IMG/VR virus record: IMGVR_UViG_3300036520_000017
Span: 1-39,772 of that record
DNA from: a virus
Lineage: Duplodnaviria > Caudoviricetes
Strand: one strand, 5' to 3'
Length of the DNA stretch: 39,772 nucleotides
Of this stretch, positions 1 through 8,107 are shown piece by piece (within the stretch, counting starts at the first letter, position 1; the number at the start of each line of letters is the position of its first letter). Made by a program: the position numbers and the translations under genes. The notes under the pieces are model-generated. The model was not told where the DNA came from. It did not search any database and saw nothing but the letters and a program-made list of their open reading frames with translations.

Positions 1-1122
1 TTAGTCACTTTCGTTCTCGACTCGTGCCAACTGGATGACGTTCGGACGAGCAGTGCGATAGGCCTCTTGCACTGCTTCCGTCATATCATGGAGCATTCCA
101 CGGCGCTTCGCACGGCGCTGATAGTGCTCGGTCATCGTCTCGGCGCCATGGCCCAGAAGGTGCTTCACCTTCTCCTCGAAACCCGCATCTGCCAGGATCG
201 TCGCAACGCCATGACGTGCGCCATGGAAGGTAATGCCCGGCCCGATCTTCTCAGCCTCAAGCAGCGCATCACGCGCTTTGCCAAATGAGGTCTTGAACCC
301 GTCCTCTGTCCACGGCTTGCCGCGCGTGTTGACGAACAAGGGGACCGCGTTGTCGACGCGATTGGCCTTGGCGAACAGATCCGCCCGCCATACTCGATAC
401 TCACCCAAAATAGCACTCAGATCATCGCAGACTGGCAACTCCAGTGCTCGCCGCGTCTTGGACGTGGTGAAGCTGAGCAAGCCATCCTTGTGCGCTGTAG
501 ACGCAACCTTGATGCAGTCTCCAAGTCGCGCGCCAAGGTAGGCCGCAACAGCTACAGGGCCGCGCAGGTGGATCGGCATGCCCTCAAGTATGGCAACGGC
601 TTCCTCTGGCCTCCATGGCCGGTTCGCCTCCGGCAAAGTCTCGGGGCGCTTTGCTGCGTCTATGCCCTCAGTCGGGTTGGCTTTGACGTGCCCATACTGC
701 CGGCCGAAGCTGTAGACCATCTTCAGCGTCGTGATGACTTGATTAGCGAACTTGAAGCCGTGCTGGTCACGCGCCTTGTCGCGCAGAGCCACTAGAGCAG
801 GGGTCGTGATAGCCACCAAGGCAAAGTCTTGTGACTTGCCCAGCCATTCAAAGACCCGCTCGTAGTCCTTCTGAGTTCGAGTCCGCAAACCCTTCCAGTG
901 CTCTGACTTGGCTTGGTATTCCGAGATCAGGACGCGCAGTGTGCCAGCCACGGGCGCCAGCGGCTTATAGAGCGCGTCTAGTCGAGCGATCTCCGCAGCG
1001 AGCGCCTGGCCTTTCAGATCCATGGAGATCGGCACGGATGGGGCTCCCTTGCGCCGGTAGTACCTGCGCCAAGTGCCGTGTCTGTCCCGATACTGCTTAA
1101 TGCCGGTTACGCGCACCCGCAT
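1..1122 (-). CDS. int: Tyrosine recombinase / phage integrase
   Basis: Catalytic set present: GARLGD (R), TSKT (K), HGARH (HxxR), LLGH (H), TEHY (Y); N-terminal arm-binding-like YRDRHG..RRYYRR. Confidence 0.95.
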   Translation of the reverse strand: MRVRVTGIKQYRDRHGTWRRYYRRKGAPSVPISMDLKGQALAAEIARLDALYKPLAPVAGTLRVLISEYQAKSEHWKGLRTRTQKDYERVFEWLGKSQDFALVAITTPALVALRDKARDQHGFKFANQVITTLKMVYSFGRQYGHVKANPTEGIDAAKRPETLPEANRPWRPEEAVAILEGMPIHLRGPVAVAAYLGARLGDCIKVASTAHKDGLLSFTTSKTRRALELPVCDDLSAILGEYRVWRADLFAKANRVDNAVPLFVNTRGKPWTEDGFKTSFGKARDALLEAEKIGPGITFHGARHGVATILADAGFEEKVKHLLGHGAETMTEHYQRRAKRRGMLHDMTEAVQEAYRTARPNVIQLARVENESD

Positions 1123-1339
1123 CGCCTGCTGCCTCCACGAAAGCCATCTCGTTCAAGGGCTGAGATTGACCCAAGGTGTCTAACCATTCGTCAAGGCGTT
1201 GCCGATCGTACCGGACGCAGTTTCCGTAGTTCACGGGCTTTACGCGCACATGCGCCAAGAACCGGCGAGCCGAAGGGAAGCCGCAATAGTCCGCTGCCTC
1301 CTCAGTTGAAAGCATCCGCTTTTGTGGAGCTGCCACCAT
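1097..1339 (-). CDS. Excisionase-like HTH protein
   Basis: MLSTEEAADYCG...RYDRQRLDEWLD, typical of Xis/HTH_17; overlaps int start. Confidence 0.8.
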   Translation of the reverse strand: MVAAPQKRMLSTEEAADYCGFPSARRFLAHVRVKPVNYGNCVRYDRQRLDEWLDTLGQSQPLNEMAFVEAAGDAGARNRH

Positions 1340-1684
1340 TCACCTCTCCCCCATATTGCTGGGGTGGGTGGGGTTGCGGATGCCGGAGGCGAAACCTTTC
1401 AGGGCCTTTTCTGCGGCGCGATTGGCTGGCACATCCTCAATCGCATCTGCGATGGATTTGGCGTCGTAGTGATCGGCTGTCGCTTCAGCCAATTGCGCTA
1501 TGGCTTCCCGTTCCTCAGCTTTAGCTGCCATGATGGCGCGGGCAGCTACCTTCACGATGGGCCACGTGTCGGCCTCACCGTTCAAAACTGCGGCGTAGCT
1601 CTTCATATCCGAACTGTACTGAGTGAGCGCAGCCTTCCGAGCCGCCACCAGCACGTCCTGCGGGAATTGCTCTGGCTTACTCAT
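1340..1684 (-). CDS. Phage hypothetical protein
   Basis: Coupled within leftward operon; contains the EEREAIA module common in phage early proteins. Confidence 0.7.
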   Translation of the reverse strand: MSKPEQFPQDVLVAARKAALTQYSSDMKSYAAVLNGEADTWPIVKVAARAIMAAKAEEREAIAQLAEATADHYDAKSIADAIEDVPANRAAEKALKGFASGIRNPTHPSNMGER

Positions 1685-1914
1685 GGAGTGGACTCCTCAG
1701 TGCTGCTAAGGGCGGCGAGGGCTGCGTGGAAGTTACCGACCGACAACCCATCCACGGCCAGGACTAGAGTGCCGTCTGAGCGCCCTAGAGGCTCACGTGC
1801 TGTTACCTTGACGTTGGTGTGGTCATGCATCCCACCGGGGATGGATGGAACGATATTGGCGAACGGACGCAGGGCTGCTTCCAAAGCCGCGATGCGGGCT
1901 GATTGCTTGGTCAT
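1681..1914 (-). CDS. Phage hypothetical protein
   Basis: ATGA overlaps on both sides; LEAALRPFA module. Confidence 0.7.
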   Translation of the reverse strand: MTKQSARIAALEAALRPFANIVPSIPGGMHDHTNVKVTAREPLGRSDGTLVLAVDGLSVGNFHAALAALSSTEESTP

Positions 1915-2906
1915 TTCTCGGTTCCTTCATCGCCATCGAAGGCGGTGTCATCCCATTCCGGGTGCTGTGGAGCGTCGCGATAGAAGCTCAGGGCTTCCGC
2001 TCCGCTGCTAAGTCCAGCTTGCAGAGCATCACGCATTTCCCTGCGCCATCTTGCCTGCATCTCTTCACTGCATTCCGAACGGTCCTCGCCGAGGAACCAC
2101 GCATCTAGCGCTCGCTCCACCATGGCATCGGTGATCTCTATGGCTGTAGGGGCACTATGGTGTTCGAGAACGGCTCGCATGTTCTTGCGATAATGCTCTT
2201 GAACGAACGGCTCTTGATCGTGCCATCCGCTGTCGAAAATCTCGCAAGCCTGCTCCACCTGCGCATCCGTTACCTCTACCCCTGTAGGGGCGGGATAAGC
2301 CTTGTCCCATAGCTCGCGGATCAGTTGCGTTGCCGGGACCATCTTGCGTTCGGGGCAGCAGGACAGAGCGCCCGGATGCTTGGCGCGGATTTGCTCAATG
2401 GTTTCGGTTGAGCCGCAGCCGGTGCATGCCTCCACCCCTATCGGAGGGGCTTCTGTGACCCTTGGGGATGGGGAGGCAGTGGGGGCTTCGAGGTCTCCTC
2501 CGCGTTTGATGAAATCGAAGATAGCGCTGACGTAAGTCTCTATCGCTTCCAATGAAGGGTATTCATCCTCCTCCCAGCAATTGCGCAATCCTTTGCGCCA
2601 GTCCCATAGCCAGTCATCCAAACGGTCTAACTTCGATGGGCTCAGCGGTGCATAAAGAGGCGCCCAATCATCTTTCACATCAAGATTCGATTGAGCGGAG
2701 ACAATGACGGGCACTAGGTTCCCGCGCTTGTCGTTCTCGAAATACGGGGTTAGCCAAGCGGTAGGCAAAGCTGGCGCACAGCGAATGAATGTCGCTTCTT
2801 CTGCCTCCAAGTTGGACGACCTACTGAAATCTGGAGCAGGGCCTGATGTCCATGCGCCCCAAGTGGCACCAAGTAAGCGCTGACGATGCATAACGATCTC
2901 GGTCAT
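1911..2906 (-). CDS. Mosaic phage hypothetical protein with CxxC...CC motif and duplicated TDAxVE module
   Basis: Start reassigned to ATG 2906 (ATGA overlap with upstream stop); open frame of 331 aa. Confidence 0.7.
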   Translation of the reverse strand: MTEIVMHRQRLLGATWGAWTSGPAPDFSRSSNLEAEEATFIRCAPALPTAWLTPYFENDKRGNLVPVIVSAQSNLDVKDDWAPLYAPLSPSKLDRLDDWLWDWRKGLRNCWEEDEYPSLEAIETYVSAIFDFIKRGGDLEAPTASPSPRVTEAPPIGVEACTGCGSTETIEQIRAKHPGALSCCPERKMVPATQLIRELWDKAYPAPTGVEVTDAQVEQACEIFDSGWHDQEPFVQEHYRKNMRAVLEHHSAPTAIEITDAMVERALDAWFLGEDRSECSEEMQARWRREMRDALQAGLSSGAEALSFYRDAPQHPEWDDTAFDGDEGTEK

Positions 2907-3412
2907 GACTTTGCCTTCCATTCTGCCAATGCAGCTTCGATCATGGCTGCGTATCGACCTAAGAACTCCTCCTCTTCGTTGGATGAAACGCTATCTCGGA
3001 AGCACGGATAGTGCTGGTAGCTTCGCCACGCCCGACGCATTGCCTCGGTTGAACGCATCGGCACCAGAACCCACTCTCCCGCCTCTTCTCTCGCCCCCAC
3101 TGGATTGCAGCGGAGGGCTTGGGATACATCGGTGACGCGCTGGACGCGCAAGTAGCCGTCCTCAAAGTCCCACGCGCAGGACCAGAAATCACCCGACCAA
3201 AAATCCGGATCATCCAGCTCCTCTCGCATTTGCAAAACGTCTGCAGGCTCACTGTCACCGGAGCCATCCCATACGCAGCGAGCGACCGCGTTTTTCATCG
3301 CGTCAAAGCCGACGACGACTTGCGAAACTTCGCCGTCAGGCCCGGCCGTTACAAGCCACATACGCTCATCGCTTAGCCGCTCGCCCGCTGTGTTGTTCAT
3401 CGTGGGTGTCAT
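2903..3412 (-). CDS. Phage hypothetical protein
   Basis: ATGA-coupled; WVLVP..TEAM...YAAMIEAA module typical of phage early genes. Confidence 0.7.
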   Translation of the reverse strand: MTPTMNNTAGERLSDERMWLVTAGPDGEVSQVVVGFDAMKNAVARCVWDGSGDSEPADVLQMREELDDPDFWSGDFWSCAWDFEDGYLRVQRVTDVSQALRCNPVGAREEAGEWVLVPMRSTEAMRRAWRSYQHYPCFRDSVSSNEEEEFLGRYAAMIEAALAEWKAKS

Positions 3413-3828
3413 GGCTGATCGATCTCCAGAACTTCGCCGGTGAAGCGGTCGTAATAGACGCCGCGGGCGCGTGAATACTTGATGCGAGCGCCAGGCATGG
3501 TGCCGCCTTGTTTCAGCCCATGCACGGCTGCGAACTGGCTGCGGGCCTTCGTCCGCGCCTTTGCTTCCGCGACTGTCTTGATTGCGTGGCAGGGGTTCTC
3601 ATGAATGGCCCGAAGATTAGCTTCGCAATGCTGCCCGCCGTCTGCCAATGGCACTTCGTGATCGAATGCCTTCTTCTGCCCTGGCCGGATGGAATTGCCA
3701 CAGTCGGGGCAGATGATCAGTCCGTCAGCATTCATCTGACGCTCTAGGATATGGCGCTGCACCGACTCCGGGATAGCCTGATCATCGTGCTTCGCCATCC
3801 ACCCCTGCGACTTGCGGGATCTAGCCAT
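3409..3828 (-). CDS. HNH endonuclease
   Basis: CPDC...DHEVPLADGGQHCEANLRAIH..CH..KT. Confidence 0.88.
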   Translation of the reverse strand: MARSRKSQGWMAKHDDQAIPESVQRHILERQMNADGLIICPDCGNSIRPGQKKAFDHEVPLADGGQHCEANLRAIHENPCHAIKTVAEAKARTKARSQFAAVHGLKQGGTMPGARIKYSRARGVYYDRFTGEVLEIDQP

Positions 3829-4036
3829 GGCTAGCCTCTTCCCATCCTTGCGTGGTGAGCGTCACCAGAGGCCCATCGTCGGTTGGCTCGACAGTTAAGA
3901 ACCCACGGTGAGACAGGGAACGGAGGGCCTTGTGCCCGGCTGCAGGGATGTTGTCCTCAGCGCTGAAGCAGTGCGAGCCGCCAGCTTGAGAAACACGCTC
4001 GAGCAGCTGGCGCTCTTGATCGGTGAGCTTTCTCAT
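3821..4036 (-). CDS. Small winged-helix-like hypothetical protein
   Basis: Coupled ORF; LRSLSHRGFL...LTTQG pattern. Confidence 0.65.
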   Translation of the reverse strand: MRKLTDQERQLLERVSQAGGSHCFSAEDNIPAAGHKALRSLSHRGFLTVEPTDDGPLVTLTTQGWEEASHG

Positions 4037-5634
4037 GCTGCTGCCCCCTGAGCTTTGTGGCTGACATCAAACATGGCAATGCGTTCGCCAATCACGCGCA
4101 TGACATTGACTGCCATGCTGTTGCCGAGCGCTTTGTATCGGGGACCATCCGCGGCAGTCTTGCCGCGATACGGGATAGCGGTAAAATCGTCAGGGAAGCC
4201 CTGCAGGCGTTCGCACTCGCGGGGGGTCAGGCGGCGGACTGCCCATGCGGTCTGAACCGCTACACTGGTGCAATCCGTGTCGAGCGTGTAAGTCGAGCCG
4301 TCGTTCAGGTAACTTTTGCCAATTGTCTTGTTGCCGCCGGCCTTAGGGTTGAAGGCAACCGCCTGCACTTCGGCCCGAGCCTCAACTGTGTACGCCAAGT
4401 CTGATTGCACGCCAACACCATCTGGGCCGCTAGCAGGGTTCTCGCGTAGAGCACCTGCTTGGATGGCATGAGCGACCAAGAAATCACTTTCAGATTTCAT
4501 TCCATTGGAATGGTCTGTCGTCCGCTGACCTAGGGTGCCCGCCACGGGCGTAGCAACTAAATTGGTATCGTCCTCTTGTCGGCGCCCGGCGTATCCGCCC
4601 TTACCACCGCTCTCCGCTCCTCGAGTGAGTGAGGCAGCGACCACCGGCACAATAGGCGTGCCCCGTCCGCTGCCATCTTCGCTGGCGTCAAAACCTTCTC
4701 CGCGCAATGAATGGGCAACCAGCAGACCTTCCCGGCTCTCGTGGTCGCCATATGGATTGCTGGTGATGGCGGGCGCAGCAGTAGCGACTAGCGTCTCCGT
4801 CTCCGCGTCGAGGCTTTGTTGTGCGCTGGCTGTCAAGCAGTACCCGACGTCGCCAGAGTTCGCGATCAAGCCGCCGTCGAGATCGAAGTCAGTTCCGAGG
4901 CCGCCACCGCCCGAAGGGCGAGCGCTAATTGTTGGGGCAACTCTTTGCCCCGCTTGTCGGCGCGGCGCAGGATCCCCGCGCAAGCTCGCGGCGTCAAATA
5001 GTACCGCAGCGGCACGTCGCCAGTCTCCAAGATATCCGACAACGAACACACGGCGCCGCCTCTGAGGGAGGGCGAAATCGTAGCCAGATGCTCGACAGAA
5101 TTGAGCGTCGAGAGTTCGGTAGGCGATCCCATACCCGAGTTCTGAAAGGCCGGCCAAAAAGGTGCCGAAGGCGTGGGTTTCGACTGCGTCGTACTCGTCG
5201 ACTGTTCCCACTTCTTGTCCGTCGAGTTCCATATCCACTGGATCTGGCGGCGGGCACGGATCGGGCGCGTCGTGGGATAGACTGGAGAAAACTCCGGGGA
5301 CGTTCTCCCAAAGAACCCATCTGGGCTGATATTTTGCAGCAATGGCAAGATACGTGAGCGCGAGATTGCCCCTTGGATCAGCCAGTCCGGCTCGGAGGCC
5401 TGCGACCGAGAAGGATTGGCAGGGGGTGCCTCCAACAAGAAGGTCAATTGGCTCATCCGGCCACTCCTGAAACTTAGTCATGTCGCCACGGTTCGGCACG
5501 TGCGGGTAGTGGTGCGCCAAGACTGCGCTCGGAAAGTTCTCGATCTCGGAAAAGAATGCAGGCTCCCAGCCCAGCGGGTGCCAAGCCATGGTCGCTGCTT
5601 CTATGCCGCTGCACACTGAGCCGTACCGCATCAC
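4033..5634 (-). CDS. DNA (cytosine-5) methyltransferase with long multi-module variable region
   Basis: Motif I SVCSGI, IV GGTPCQSFS, VI WENVPG, VIII PQRRRRVF, IX RRLTPRECERLQGFP, X YKALGNS. Confidence 0.95.
   Translation of the reverse strand: MMRYGSVCSGIEAATMAWHPLGWEPAFFSEIENFPSAVLAHHYPHVPNRGDMTKFQEWPDEPIDLLVGGTPCQSFSVAGLRAGLADPRGNLALTYLAIAAKYQPRWVLWENVPGVFSSLSHDAPDPCPPPDPVDMELDGQEVGTVDEYDAVETHAFGTFLAGLSELGYGIAYRTLDAQFCRASGYDFALPQRRRRVFVVGYLGDWRRAAAVLFDAASLRGDPAPRRQAGQRVAPTISARPSGGGGLGTDFDLDGGLIANSGDVGYCLTASAQQSLDAETETLVATAAPAITSNPYGDHESREGLLVAHSLRGEGFDASEDGSGRGTPIVPVVAASLTRGAESGGKGGYAGRRQEDDTNLVATPVAGTLGQRTTDHSNGMKSESDFLVAHAIQAGALRENPASGPDGVGVQSDLAYTVEARAEVQAVAFNPKAGGNKTIGKSYLNDGSTYTLDTDCTSVAVQTAWAVRRLTPRECERLQGFPDDFTAIPYRGKTAADGPRYKALGNSMAVNVMRVIGERIAMFDVSHKAQGAAA
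4866..5456 (-). CDS. Nested out-of-frame gene: C5-MTase beta-subunit-like protein (EcoHK31I/EaeI type)
   Basis: 196-aa ORF in +1 frame of the MTase; AGGAG SD 7 nt before ATG; C-terminal SLSDILETGDVPLRYYLTPRACAGILRRADKRGKELP motif. Confidence 0.75.
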   Translation of the reverse strand: MSQLTFLLEAPPANPSRSQASEPDWLIQGAISRSRILPLLQNISPDGFFGRTSPEFSPVYPTTRPIRARRQIQWIWNSTDKKWEQSTSTTQSKPTPSAPFWPAFQNSGMGSPTELSTLNSVEHLATISPSLRGGAVCSLSDILETGDVPLRYYLTPRACAGILRRADKRGKELPQQLALALRAVAASELTSISTAA

Positions 5635-5777
5635 GCAGCCTTCTTAGGTTCCGCAACCCGATCAGGAGCAGGCGGGACTTCAACCCAGCCATTGCCCTTA
5701 CGAGTGAGGATCACAGGCACCAGGCGCCAATTACCGCAGGTGTCGCAGGTGTACTTGGTGGTGAGGATGCTGGTCAT
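5631..5777 (-). CDS. 48-aa CxxC protein (not in ORF track)
   Basis: Hand-translated MTSILTTKYTCDTCGNWRLVP...KKAA; stop overlaps MTase start; AGAGGA upstream. Confidence 0.55.
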   Translation of the reverse strand: MTSILTTKYTCDTCGNWRLVPVILTRKGNGWVEVPPAPDRVAEPKKAA

Positions 5778-5952
5778 GCTGACGTCCTCTTCTGCTGAGG
5801 CATCGCGGCTGAATGTGCGGCCACCGGATCACCGACAATGTGGCGAGGACGCGCTCGATGTTCTCCCGTCGAATGGTTATGCCTTCGTCCAGGTAGCGGA
5901 GCAAAAGCTTGAGCTCTGCAGTGGCAATTGCTGTTGCAGCTGCTCTGTTCAT
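5731..5952 (-). CDS. Hypothetical protein (MNRAAATAIA...)
   Basis: TGATG coupling with upstream peptide gene. Confidence 0.5.
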   Translation of the reverse strand: MNRAAATAIATAELKLLLRYLDEGITIRRENIERVLATLSVIRWPHIQPRCLSRRGRQHDQHPHHQVHLRHLR

Positions 5953-6056
5953 CACAGGAGCTCCCATGGCCAAGCGTCGAGGCGCATCCATGTGGCAGAG
6001 GCAAGCACTAAGGCGGACCAGGTGATGCACAGGGTGGTGTTGCGGATGACACTCAT
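5952..6056 (-). CDS. 34-aa hydrophobic peptide
   Basis: MSVIRNTTLCITWSALVLASATWMRLDAWPWELL; ATGA overlap with upstream stop. Confidence 0.45.
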   Translation of the reverse strand: MSVIRNTTLCITWSALVLASATWMRLDAWPWELL

Positions 6057-6307
6057 TCTGCAGCCTCGATGTTGTCGTGGTTGAGATCGGTGTCGCCCTC
6101 GACAGCCACCCGGGCTTCGCGATCGATGATCTTGTTGAGGGCAGGGCGGTTGCATCCCGAGCGCTCTAGGAACTCAGCGATGCGACGATCCTCAGCAGCG
6201 AGCTGCTCGGGTGTCTTGGGCTGCGGCAATGGCGCCTTTGGCTTTGGGCGGTAGTCCGTATCCTGCCAGGCATGCCGCAATGTCTTCAGTCCTGCTATAC
6301 GTGACAT
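6053..6307 (-). CDS. Phage hypothetical protein
   Basis: GAAGG upstream; in operon. Confidence 0.65.
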   Translation of the reverse strand: MSRIAGLKTLRHAWQDTDYRPKPKAPLPQPKTPEQLAAEDRRIAEFLERSGCNRPALNKIIDREARVAVEGDTDLNHDNIEAAE

Positions 6308-6310
6308 AGA

Positions 6311-6517
6311 TCAGCCTTCCTTCTGCTCGCTGGCGAGCTTCTTGATGTCGTTGAGGGTGCGTTGAACGAGGCCAGCCTTGTGGATCGTTTCGCGGGACAG
6401 CAGACCACCGTTGCCGCCTTGCATGTGGCCGCCGATGATCGCGCCGCTGTCGTCAAACTGGACGGCTTTCACCAGATCGGCGGACCGCTGGATCAGCTGC
6501 TGGATGATGTCGTTCAA
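6311..6517 (-). CDS. Phage hypothetical protein
   Basis: FDDSG...GGNGGLLSRETI motif, as seen in alphaproteobacterial phage proteins; TTG start uncertain. Confidence 0.6.
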   Translation of the reverse strand: MNDIIQQLIQRSADLVKAVQFDDSGAIIGGHMQGGNGGLLSRETIHKAGLVQRTLNDIKKLASEQKEG

Positions 6518-6559
6518 GGAAGAAATCGGCGGGCTGGTTGTTGGCCAAACCCGCCGCCC
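6518..6559 (-). terminator. Putative tL1-like hairpin/terminator
   Basis: CGGCGGG...CCCGCCG stem followed by ATTTCTTCC on the minus strand. Confidence 0.4.
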
Positions 6560-6573
6560 AGGGGAGGGATTGG

Positions 6574-6831
6574 TTACCGCTTGGGCGCGACCTTATCGAA
6601 GCCGGGCGTGTTGCCGTTCTCGAGCTTAATTACTTCGCGGCTGGGGTTTTCCTCGAGACGCTGTTCGTCAAACCATTGCGCCTCAACAAGTGCGCCGTCT
6701 TTAGCGCGGGGTACGAGTAGCGCCTGATTGCATCCCGTCAGGTAGGTCACATAACCAGTGCACACACCTTCGAAACCCGTGATCCGGTCGGTGTAGGTTG
6801 CGCCTAAACCAATTCTCTGCGTCATTCCCAT
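6574..6831 (-). CDS. Conserved phage hypothetical protein; first gene of the PL operon
   Basis: DRITGFEGVCTG...LTGCNQ...WFDEQRL; GGAG SD. Confidence 0.8.
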   Translation of the reverse strand: MGMTQRIGLGATYTDRITGFEGVCTGYVTYLTGCNQALLVPRAKDGALVEAQWFDEQRLEENPSREVIKLENGNTPGFDKVAPKR

Positions 6832-6873
6832 TCACTCCATAGAGGCGCTTGCCTCAGCGATCTGATGAGGAGG

Positions 6874-6923
6874 AGAATGCATTAATGCACATTGCTGGTC
6901 AAGCGTGAAAATGCATAAATGCA
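6874..6923 (-). promoter_or_regulatory. PL promoter with OL operators
   Basis: TTGACC-N17-CATTCT on minus strand; palindrome TGCATTAATGCA 6878-6889 and TGCATAAATGCA 6912-6923 match the repeats between cI and cro. Confidence 0.8.
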
Positions 6924-6989
6924 TAAGTTCAAGTGCGATGAATTTTACGACTCGACTCTCTGGCGCTTCTGAGTCGTTAATGTCCGCCG

Positions 6990-7004
6990 GAACGAAAGGA
7001 GAAC
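6990..7004 (+). promoter_or_regulatory. Alphaproteobacterial LexA (SOS) box
   Basis: GAAC-GAAAGGA-GAAC = GAAC-N7-GAAC, overlapping the SD of ORF 7008. Confidence 0.75.
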
Positions 7005-7007
7005 AAA

Positions 7008-7319
7008 TTGCGTGAAGTTTCACACTTCGTCATTGTCTTCCCAGACCGGCTTATCAGGGCAGGGGAGCAGGAGCGCGAGATGCTAATAGACGCGCTTAGG
7101 CGTGAATACCCGCACTACAAGTTTGACGTGTACCCAGGGCGTAGCTTCGCATCTGAAGATGAGTTCGCCATCATTCCGGTAATGGGTGGGTTAGGAGACG
7201 GCACCCCAAACGACGACCCCGACCGCGTTTACATGTGCAAGCCGCTTGATCCGAAGGTCATCCCAGATTTGGTGCGGACGCTTCAGGTCTATGAGGCTCT
7301 TGGCTCGTCTGTGAATTAG
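7008..7319 (+). CDS. Hypothetical protein, probably SOS-regulated
   Basis: AAGGAG SD + TTG start; 103 aa; stop overlaps the stop of the convergent gene. Confidence 0.7.
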   Translation: MREVSHFVIVFPDRLIRAGEQEREMLIDALRREYPHYKFDVYPGRSFASEDEFAIIPVMGGLGDGTPNDDPDRVYMCKPLDPKVIPDLVRTLQVYEALGSSVN

Positions 7320-8107
7320 GCGGCGCGGGCAATTCGACTGAGTGAGTTCATGGCCGCTGTTTCATCACCTCTAAAGATGGGCGTTTTCAACCCGCGGTTG
7401 ACCCCGCGTTGAAAGCGCCGCATCCCGATTGCTGTGAGTTTATCCGTGTCTTCAATGAGAGCAGCGGCGGCGTAGTGCTGTTGCAGTCCAGAAGTCTCGA
7501 TATACGAATGCAGTAGCTCCGCCTCTACGAATGAGGTGGTATTGTTGACTAGGAACACACCAACACGTCGGCCATCCCCCCTCGGCGAAATCACCACATC
7601 TGCAGGATTTTCAGACAATTCACCGCCTACAGCTGCATTGCGTTCTACTGTGAACGCCTCACCAAGCACGTTCTCGATAGCTTCGACGGCATCCTCTTTG
7701 AAGGTTGAGCGAACGACATCTTTCGTGAGCATTTCTAGGTCGCGGATGCGAAGCAATGCTGACATAAACATAATAGATGCTGACGCCACATCCGACGTTG
7801 CAGTGGCCTTGATGCCATAGGTCTCCGGATCCCAGAACGCGCCCGACGCGCCCAAGACGCCTTCGAGCATTTGGCGCCGCTGACCCTTCTCAATGTCTAC
7901 ACCGGAAGCTACCAGGTGGGACAGGTAGGAGCCATCATCTTCGAGTTGGAAGCCGTCGCCTGTCTCTCTAATCAGAAACGAAAGTTCATCACCGGAATTA
8001 TCGATGAAGGGCGATCGGACTAGTAGGCCGGCCGGTGCTAAATGCACATCAACTGACTCTGAAAACGTCCGAGCCAGAAGTCCCTTCAAGCTGTCTGCAG
8101 TGATCAA
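7316..8107 (-). CDS. DUF1828/DUF1829-like protein (chaperone-like N-domain + restriction-endonuclease-like C-domain)
   Basis: SPFIDNSGDELSF...LEDDG.YL..L...G, then TFKEDA and ADVVI; TTG start at 8107 overlaps upstream stop (TTGA). Confidence 0.75.
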   Translation of the reverse strand: MITADSLKGLLARTFSESVDVHLAPAGLLVRSPFIDNSGDELSFLIRETGDGFQLEDDGSYLSHLVASGVDIEKGQRRQMLEGVLGASGAFWDPETYGIKATATSDVASASIMFMSALLRIRDLEMLTKDVVRSTFKEDAVEAIENVLGEAFTVERNAAVGGELSENPADVVISPRGDGRRVGVFLVNNTTSFVEAELLHSYIETSGLQQHYAAAALIEDTDKLTAIGMRRFQRGVNRGLKTPIFRGDETAAMNSLSRIARAA

